Assembly: GCA_964252015.1 (NCBI GenBank)
Contig: CAXULW010000019.1
Location: 4,118 to 68,117, forward strand
Reading direction: 5' to 3'
DNA length: 64,000 bases
Source: an uncultured Jatrophihabitantaceae bacterium
GTDB taxonomy: Bacteria > Actinomycetota > Actinomycetes > Mycobacteriales > Jatrophihabitantaceae
The first letter of the stretch is position 1, and each line of letters opens with the position of its first letter. Positions 58,719-64,000 of this stretch are shown one piece after another. Below the pieces are notes generated by a model. That model searched no databases and had not been told where the DNA came from. It saw only the letters and a program-made list of their open reading frames with translations. Both the position numbers and the translations under genes were made by a program.

Positions 58719-58767
58719 GGGTTTCTTGTCGCTGGTTCGAGCGGTTTGACGCTGGTGCGGATGACGT

Positions 58768-58965
58768 TCAGATCGTGGGTTCGGCCGGTCCCTGGTTGCG
58801 CTTGGCCGATTCCTGGTCGAGGTAGTCGTTGGCCTTGTCGATGCCCTGGTCGACCTGCTTGTCGTGGCCGAACTTGGCTTTGGCCGCGTCGCCGACCTTG
58901 TCGAGGCCCTGTTCGACCTTGTCCTTCTGATCGACGAGCTTGTTCTTGATGTCGTTGAAGTCCAT
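58768..58965 (-). CDS. small MT0933/Rv0909-like (CsbD-like) protein
   Basis: 65-aa ORF: MDFNDIKNKLVDQKDKVEQGLDKVGDAAKAKFGHDKQVDQGIDKANDYLD. It matches my recollection of the MT0933-like so-called antitoxin family. Confidence 0.6.
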   Translation of the reverse strand: MDFNDIKNKLVDQKDKVEQGLDKVGDAAKAKFGHDKQVDQGIDKANDYLDQESAKRNQGPAEPTI

Positions 58966-59019
58966 GGCGCGCTCCTGCGTCTGTTGAGGGGTGGCCTTAC
59001 AACTTACGTGCTCGACGCC

Positions 59020-59199
59020 CTATTTGGGCTTGTCGGCGGCGGCCCGCTGGTCCAGGAACGAGACCAGCTCCTGTTCGCCCTTGTCGATTTCGCTCTTGTG
59101 CCCGACGCGCTGCTCGAGGGTTTCGCCGCCCTTGTCCGCGACCTTCTCCACGGTCGCCCGCTGGTCCACGAGCTCCTGCTCGATCTTGCCGAAGTCCAT
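59020..59199 (-). CDS. second small MT0933-like paralogue (59 aa), not listed in the supplied ORF track
   Basis: Hand translation of the minus strand gives MDFGKIEQELVDQRATVEKVADKGGETLEQRVGHKSEIDKGEQELVSFLDQRAAADKPK, then a stop. It has the same MDF..I...LVDQ...VE...DK.G.......GH....D.G scaffold as 58768..58965. Confidence 0.55.
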   Translation of the reverse strand: MDFGKIEQELVDQRATVEKVADKGGETLEQRVGHKSEIDKGEQELVSFLDQRAAADKPK

Positions 59200-59372
59200 G
59201 TCGATCCCGTCCGGTTCGATGCGGGGCGTCGCCTGGTGCGCGCCGTCGGGTGTGAGCCTATGAGCACCCGCGCTGCGAGGCCATCGGTGAACGTCGGGTT
59301 GAGGGTGAGAGACACGTTGGTCCCGCGTCGCGGGAATGTCGGACGCTGTCGGACCCAGCAGGCAGAATCGTC

Positions 59373-62300
59373 ATGGTGAGTGCACTGGTGGGACCGAGCG
59401 CCGACGAGCAGTTCGTACACCTGCACGTCCATACCGAGTACTCGATGCTCGACGGGGCGGCCAAGCTCGGGCCGCTGTTCTCCGAAGCGGCCCGGATGGG
59501 CATGCCGGCGATGGCGATGACCGATCATGGCAACGTCTTCGGCGCCTACGACTTCTACAAGCAGGCGACCGCGGCCGGGGTGAAGCCGATCATCGGCATG
59601 GAGGCCTACCTCACCCCGAACACGTCGCGCTACGACCGCAAGCGGGTGCGCTGGGCCGAAGGTGGCCAGAACGACGTCTCCGGCGGCGGTGCGTTCACCC
59701 ACATGACCCTGCTCGCCGAGAGCACCACCGGCATGCACAACCTGTTCCGGCTGTCCTCGCGCTCGTCGTTGGAGGGCTTCTTCTACAAGCCCCGCGCCGA
59801 CCGGGAGCTGCTGGCCGAGTACGCGCAAGGCCTGATCGCCACCACCGGCTGCCCGTCGGGGGAGATCCAGACCTGGCTGCGCATCGGCGACTACGCGAAG
59901 GCGCGCGAGTCGGCGGCAGAATTCCAGGACCTGTTCGGGCGGGGCAACTTCTTCCTCGAGCTGATGGACCACGGCCTGGACATCGAGAAGGCGGTCACCG
60001 AAGACCTGCTGCGCCTGGGCAAAGACCTCAACCTGCCCATGATCGCCACCAACGACCTGCACTACACCCACGCCGCGGACGCCGACGCCCACGAGGTGCT
60101 GCTCTGCGTCCAGTCCGGCAAGACCATGGCCGATCCGTCCCGGTTCAAGTTCGACGGGCGCGACTTCTACCTCAAGTCCCCGGCCGAGATGCGCTCGCTG
60201 TGGGCCGACAAGCACGGCCTGCCCGAAGCCTGCGACAACACCCTGCTCATCGCCGAGCGGTGCAACGTCGTGTTCGACGAGACGGCCAACCTGATGCCGC
60301 GCTTCGACGTGCCCGCGGGGGAGGACGAGCGCAGCTGGTTCGTCAAGGAGGTCGAGCGCGGCCTGGTCCGGCGCTACCCGGGCGGCATTTCCACCGAGGT
60401 GCGCGAGCGGTCCAACTTCGAGGTCGAGATGATCCTGAAGATGGGCTTCCCCGGCTACTTCCTGGTCACCGCGGACCTCATCGCCTGGGCCCGCGAGCAG
60501 GGCATCCGGGTCGGGCCCGGGCGCGGTTCGGCCACCGGCTCGCTGGTGTCCTACGCCATGGGGATCACCGAGCTGGACCCGCTGGTGCACAAGCTGCTGT
60601 TCGAGCGTTTCCTCAACCCCGACCGCGTCTCGATGCCCGACATCGACATCGACTTCGACGAGCGCCGGCGCAACGAGGTCATCCGTTACGTCAACGGCAA
60701 GTACGGCGAAGACCGGGTCGCCCAGGTCGTCACCTACGGCACGATCAAGGCCAAGCAGGCGGTCAAGGACGCCTCGCGGGTGCTGGGCTACCCGTTCTCG
60801 ATGGGCGACAAGATCGTCAAGGCGATGCCGCCGGCGGTCATGGGCAAGGACGTACCGCTGAACAAGATCTTCGACGAGACCCACGCCCGTTACGGCGAGG
60901 GCGGCGAGTTCCGGGCGTTGTGCGCCACCGATCCCGAGGTCGGCAAGGTCGTTGACACCGCGAAGGGGCTCGAGGGCCTGAAGCGGCAGTGGGGCGTGCA
61001 CGCCTGCGCCGTCATCATGTCGAGCGAGCCGCTCGTCGACCACATCCCGATCATGCGGCGCGAGCAGGACGGCGCCGTCATCACCCAGTTCGACTATCCG
61101 ACGTGCGAAGCGCTCGGGCTGCTGAAGATGGACTTCCTCGGCCTGCGCAACCTCACCGTCATCGACGACGCGGTGCGCAACGTGCAGGCCAACCGGGGCC
61201 TGCCGCTGGTGATCGAGGATCTGGCCCTCACCGACCCGGCCACCTACGCCCTGCTTGCCCGCGGCGACACCCTCGGCGTGTTCCAGCTCGACGGCGCCCC
61301 CATGCGGGCGCTGCTGCGGCTGATGGCCCCGACCGAGTTCGAGGACATCGCCGCCGTGCTGGCGCTGTACCGGCCCGGGCCGATGGCGGCCAATGCCCAC
61401 AACGACTACGCCGACCGCAAGAACGGCCGCAAGCCCGTCATCCCGATTCACCCCGAGCTGGCCGAGCCGCTGGCCGAGATCCTGGACGAGACGCACGGGC
61501 TGGTCGTCTACCAGGAGCAGGTCCAGGCCATCGCCCGCCGGGTCGCCGGCTACTCCCTGGGCCAGGCCGACCTGCTGCGCCGCGCCATGGGCAAGAAGAA
61601 GAAGGCCGAGCTGGACGCCCAGCTGGAGAACTTCACCGCCGGCATGGTCGCCAACGGGTTCTCCACCGCCGCGATCAAGGCCCTGTGGGACACCCTGCTG
61701 CCGTTCTGCGACTACGGGTTCAACAAGTCCCACACGGCCGGGTACGGGCTGGTCTCGTACTGGACCGCGTACCTCAAGGCCAACTTCCCGGCCGAGTACA
61801 TGGCCGCGTTGCTGACCTCGGTGCGCGACGACAAGGACAAGATGGCCGTCTACCTGGCCGAATGCCGGCGGATGGGCATCAAGGTCCTGGCCCCGGACGT
61901 CAACTCCTCCGACGCCGACTTCACCCCGACCGGCGAGGCGATCCGGTTCGGCCTGACCGCGGTGCGTAACGTCGGCGTCAACGTGGTGTCCTCTGTCGTC
62001 GCGTCGCGCAAGGCCAAGGGCGCGTTCGCCGATTTCGCCGACTTCCTGCGCAAGGTCGACGCCGTGGTCTGCAACAAGCGCACGGTCGAGTCGCTGATCA
62101 AGGCGGGCGCGTTCGACTCGGTCGGCCATCCCCGGCGCGGGCTCATGCACGTCTACGAGCAGTCCATCGACGCGATCGTCGACACCAAGCGGGCCGAGGC
62201 CATCGGCCAGTTCGACCTGTTCGGCCTGTTCGGCGGCGACGACGGCGCTGCGGGCTCCGGGGTCGACGTGTTCGCCGTCCCCGTGCCCGACGTGGAGTGG

Positions 62301-62933
62301 GACAAGAGCATCCTGCTCGGCTTCGAGCGCGAGATGCTCGGGCTGTACGTCTCCGATCATCCGCTGCTCGGGGTCGAGCACATCCTGGCGTCCGCGGCCG
62401 ATGCGTCCGTGGCCGATCTGCTGGCCGAGGCCACCGAGGAGACCGGCTTCGTCACCATCGCCGGGATCCTGTCCTCGGTCAGCCGCAAGGTGAGCAAGAC
62501 CGGCTCGCCGTGGGCGCAGGTGATCCTCGAGGACCTCACCGGCGCGGTGGAGGTGCTGTTCTTCCCGGCCACCTACGCCGAGGTCGGCATGAGCATCGCC
62601 GAGGACGCGATCGTCGTGGTGCGCGGGCGGGTCGACCACCGCGAGGACACGGTCAAGATCATCGCCCGGGAGCTCTCCCTGCCCGACCTGACCGTGGCCG
62701 GGCACGGCCCCGTCACCGTCTCACTGTCGCCCAGCCGGTGCACGCCGCCGCTGGTCGACCGGCTGCGCGAGGTCCTGGCCGCCCACCCCGGCACGACCGA
62801 GGTGCGGCTGGAGCTGCGGGCGGGGGAGCGGGTGCACCGGCTCAAGCTGCCCGACGGCCTGCGCGTCACCCCGTCACCGGCGCTGATGGGCGACCTGAAG
62901 GCCCTGCTCGGTCCGTCCGCCGTCGCCGCCTGA
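59373..62933 (+). CDS. dnaE: DNA polymerase III alpha subunit (DnaE1-type)
   Basis: 1186-aa ORF with a PHP domain ([16 protein letters not shown]), the polymerase core ([35 protein letters not shown]) and an OB-fold C-terminus. Confidence 0.95.
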   Translation: MVSALVGPSADEQFVHLHVHTEYSMLDGAAKLGPLFSEAARMGMPAMAMTDHGNVFGAYDFYKQATAAGVKPIIGMEAYLTPNTSRYDRKRVRWAEGGQNDVSGGGAFTHMTLLAESTTGMHNLFRLSSRSSLEGFFYKPRADRELLAEYAQGLIATTGCPSGEIQTWLRIGDYAKARESAAEFQDLFGRGNFFLELMDHGLDIEKAVTEDLLRLGKDLNLPMIATNDLHYTHAADADAHEVLLCVQSGKTMADPSRFKFDGRDFYLKSPAEMRSLWADKHGLPEACDNTLLIAERCNVVFDETANLMPRFDVPAGEDERSWFVKEVERGLVRRYPGGISTEVRERSNFEVEMILKMGFPGYFLVTADLIAWAREQGIRVGPGRGSATGSLVSYAMGITELDPLVHKLLFERFLNPDRVSMPDIDIDFDERRRNEVIRYVNGKYGEDRVAQVVTYGTIKAKQAVKDASRVLGYPFSMGDKIVKAMPPAVMGKDVPLNKIFDETHARYGEGGEFRALCATDPEVGKVVDTAKGLEGLKRQWGVHACAVIMSSEPLVDHIPIMRREQDGAVITQFDYPTCEALGLLKMDFLGLRNLTVIDDAVRNVQANRGLPLVIEDLALTDPATYALLARGDTLGVFQLDGAPMRALLRLMAPTEFEDIAAVLALYRPGPMAANAHNDYADRKNGRKPVIPIHPELAEPLAEILDETHGLVVYQEQVQAIARRVAGYSLGQADLLRRAMGKKKKAELDAQLENFTAGMVANGFSTAAIKALWDTLLPFCDYGFNKSHTAGYGLVSYWTAYLKANFPAEYMAALLTSVRDDKDKMAVYLAECRRMGIKVLAPDVNSSDADFTPTGEAIRFGLTAVRNVGVNVVSSVVASRKAKGAFADFADFLRKVDAVVCNKRTVESLIKAGAFDSVGHPRRGLMHVYEQSIDAIVDTKRAEAIGQFDLFGLFGGDDGAAGSGVDVFAVPVPDVEWDKSILLGFEREMLGLYVSDHPLLGVEHILASAADASVADLLAEATEETGFVTIAGILSSVSRKVSKTGSPWAQVILEDLTGAVEVLFFPATYAEVGMSIAEDAIVVVRGRVDHREDTVKIIARELSLPDLTVAGHGPVTVSLSPSRCTPPLVDRLREVLAAHPGTTEVRLELRAGERVHRLKLPDGLRVTPSPALMGDLKALLGPSAVAA

Positions 62934-63023
62934 CGCCGTCGCCGAGTTGTTCGACCTCAGGCGGGCCAGAACCCGCCCGCCGTCGAACGGACCGCTCGGC
63001 CCTGTGCGTTCTACAGTTGAGCC

Positions 63024-63620
63024 ATGAGCGAGATCGTGCCTGGGTCGGTCGGGCCGTCGGGCGACCGATCGGGGGCATCGGGTGAGCGTCCGGCCACGTC
63101 CGGCAACGGCACTTCGCCCGAGGTCGGGTTCGGCGGTTCCGATCCGCTCACCGCCGGTTTGCTGGCCCGGTACCTGGTCGGGAGGGTCGTCGCGGCCCGG
63201 GTGTCGATCAGCCTGCTGCTCACGGCGCTCGTGCTGTTGGCCGGCGCGGTCGCGCTGTGGGTGTGGGGGCCGCACTGGGTGGCCATCCTGGTCGGCCTGG
63301 TCGCCTTGGCTGTGCTCGCCTTTCGTGCGATCGTCGTGGCCATCCTGCGCCGGATCATGGGCGTCGGTCAGCTCGGGCCGGCCGAGGACAAGGTGCGCGC
63401 CCTGGTGGCTGACACCCAGGGCGACATGCGTCGCGAGCTGCGCCGGATCGGGCTGCCCGCCACCGTCTTCGGCATGCCGCTGCTGCTGATCCGCCTGCTC
63501 GGCCGGCGGCGCGCGGCCACGTTCGCCCGGCTCAAGCAGTTCGACATCAACCGCGTCGTCCCCCGCTCACGACAGGACGAATTCAACTTCGTGGTCGCGT
63601 CGCAACTGCGGCGTCGTTGA
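63024..63620 (+). CDS. hypothetical membrane protein
   Basis: 198-aa ORF with coding-like GC3 bias and two predicted TM helices (ISLLLTALVLLAGAVALWVWG, VAILVGLVALAVLAFRAIVV). I recognise no family. Confidence 0.45.
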   Translation: MSEIVPGSVGPSGDRSGASGERPATSGNGTSPEVGFGGSDPLTAGLLARYLVGRVVAARVSISLLLTALVLLAGAVALWVWGPHWVAILVGLVALAVLAFRAIVVAILRRIMGVGQLGPAEDKVRALVADTQGDMRRELRRIGLPATVFGMPLLLIRLLGRRRAATFARLKQFDINRVVPRSRQDEFNFVVASQLRRR

Positions 63621-63845
63621 CTTGTTCGTGGGAACCGGGATGGCGCGGTGACCGACGGGCCGCTCCCTGACGGATCGGGTCGCCCGACCGACCGCGATCC
63701 GGCCAGCCCGCTGACCCGCCTGGGCCGGCTCGGTTCCCGGGTCCTGCACGCGGCGCCGGCCGTCGTCCCGCTCGCGTCTCGGGCGGCCGGGCGGGCGGTC
63801 GCCCCGCTGCGCAACCGCGGCGGCGCCCGGGCGACCCCCCGGGGC

Positions 63846-64000
63846 ATGGTGTTCTACGGCACGGTCTGGACCGGCGGGGACGCCGAACCGTTCCTCGACG
63901 GTGCGGTGGTCGTCGACGGCCACGGGCGGATCGCAGCGATGGGGCCGCGCGTGGGGCTGGAGCTGAGCGCTGACCTTCCTGAGCACGGCGACCGCGGCTC
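63846..64000 (+). CDS. possible amidohydrolase-family protein, N-terminal fragment (runs off the window)
   Basis: The frame is open from 63648 to the window end. From the ATG at 63846 it reads MVFYGTVWTGGDAEPFLDGAVVVDGHGRIAAMGP, which resembles the N-terminal beta-strand region of metal-dependent amidohydrolases. The evidence is weak. Confidence 0.3.
   Translation, partial: MVFYGTVWTGGDAEPFLDGAVVVDGHGRIAAMGPRVGLELSADLPEHGDRG

Noticed and set aside
59280-59300. GAAC-N4-GGTT near the dnaE upstream region, and TCGAAC half-sites elsewhere (for example 12591, 12971, 54292), as additional SOS boxes
   Set aside because: Only one half-site matches in each case. The single full TCGAAC-N4-GTTCGA in the window is at 20477.
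59004-62705. 1233-aa ORF on the minus strand, antisense to dnaE
   Set aside because: It overlaps a gene with unmistakable DnaE motifs. Its translation is Arg/Gly/Pro/Asp-rich low-information sequence, typical of stop-free antisense frames in very high-GC DNA. No family resemblance.

Overview
Chromosomal segment from a very high-GC actinobacterium (Actinomycetota; GC looks above 70 % by eye, not computed). The order of conserved genes resembles the mycobacterial aroG-pknL ... dcw ... ileS ... dnaE1 region. I could support no rRNA, tRNA, CRISPR array, transposase or integrase. Left to right: DAHP synthase (truncated by the window edge), threonine aldolase, a PASTA Ser/Thr kinase with an Rv2175c-like DNA-binding protein. 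Then a small carotenoid locus (two lycopene-cyclase subunits, crtI, a polyprenyl synthase) that lacks crtB, followed by metF, a sulfotransferase and an alpha/beta hydrolase. Next is a large secreted repeat protein split by a frameshift at a T5 run. A sulfur/siroheme cluster follows (GNAT, cysH, Zn-ribbon ORF and sirA on the minus strand; cysC and cysG-like on the plus strand). A perfect LexA box precedes a HEPN-like gene, a SAM methyltransferase and dinB. After a DUF3040 gene comes a minus-strand MoxR, DUF58, transglutaminase operon, divergent from the complete dcw cluster. That cluster runs mraZ, rsmH, ftsL-like, ftsI, murE, murF, mraY, murD, ftsW, murG, murC, ftsQ, mostly joined by 4-nt start/stop overlaps. 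A vapBC toxin-antitoxin pair sits between ftsQ and ftsZ. Then yggS, sepF, yggT, divIVA, a convergent ileS with a T-box leader, a DksA/TraR-like protein, an RluA-family synthase, a secreted S53 peptidase, two small MT0933-like genes (one absent from the ORF track), dnaE, a membrane protein and the start of an amidohydrolase. Main items for a second look: the vapBC insertion in the dcw core; the candidate SOS-controlled HEPN-methyltransferase-Pol IV cassette; a palindromic element present in two intergenic copies; and an unusual density of in-frame short tandem repeats (mostly 15-bp units) in the tails and linkers of essential division genes. Also worth checking are the APS-reductase plus stand-alone CysC plus sulfotransferase combination and the MoxR/DUF58/transglutaminase triad next to mraZ. 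All family calls come from reading the translations by eye; no database search was run.
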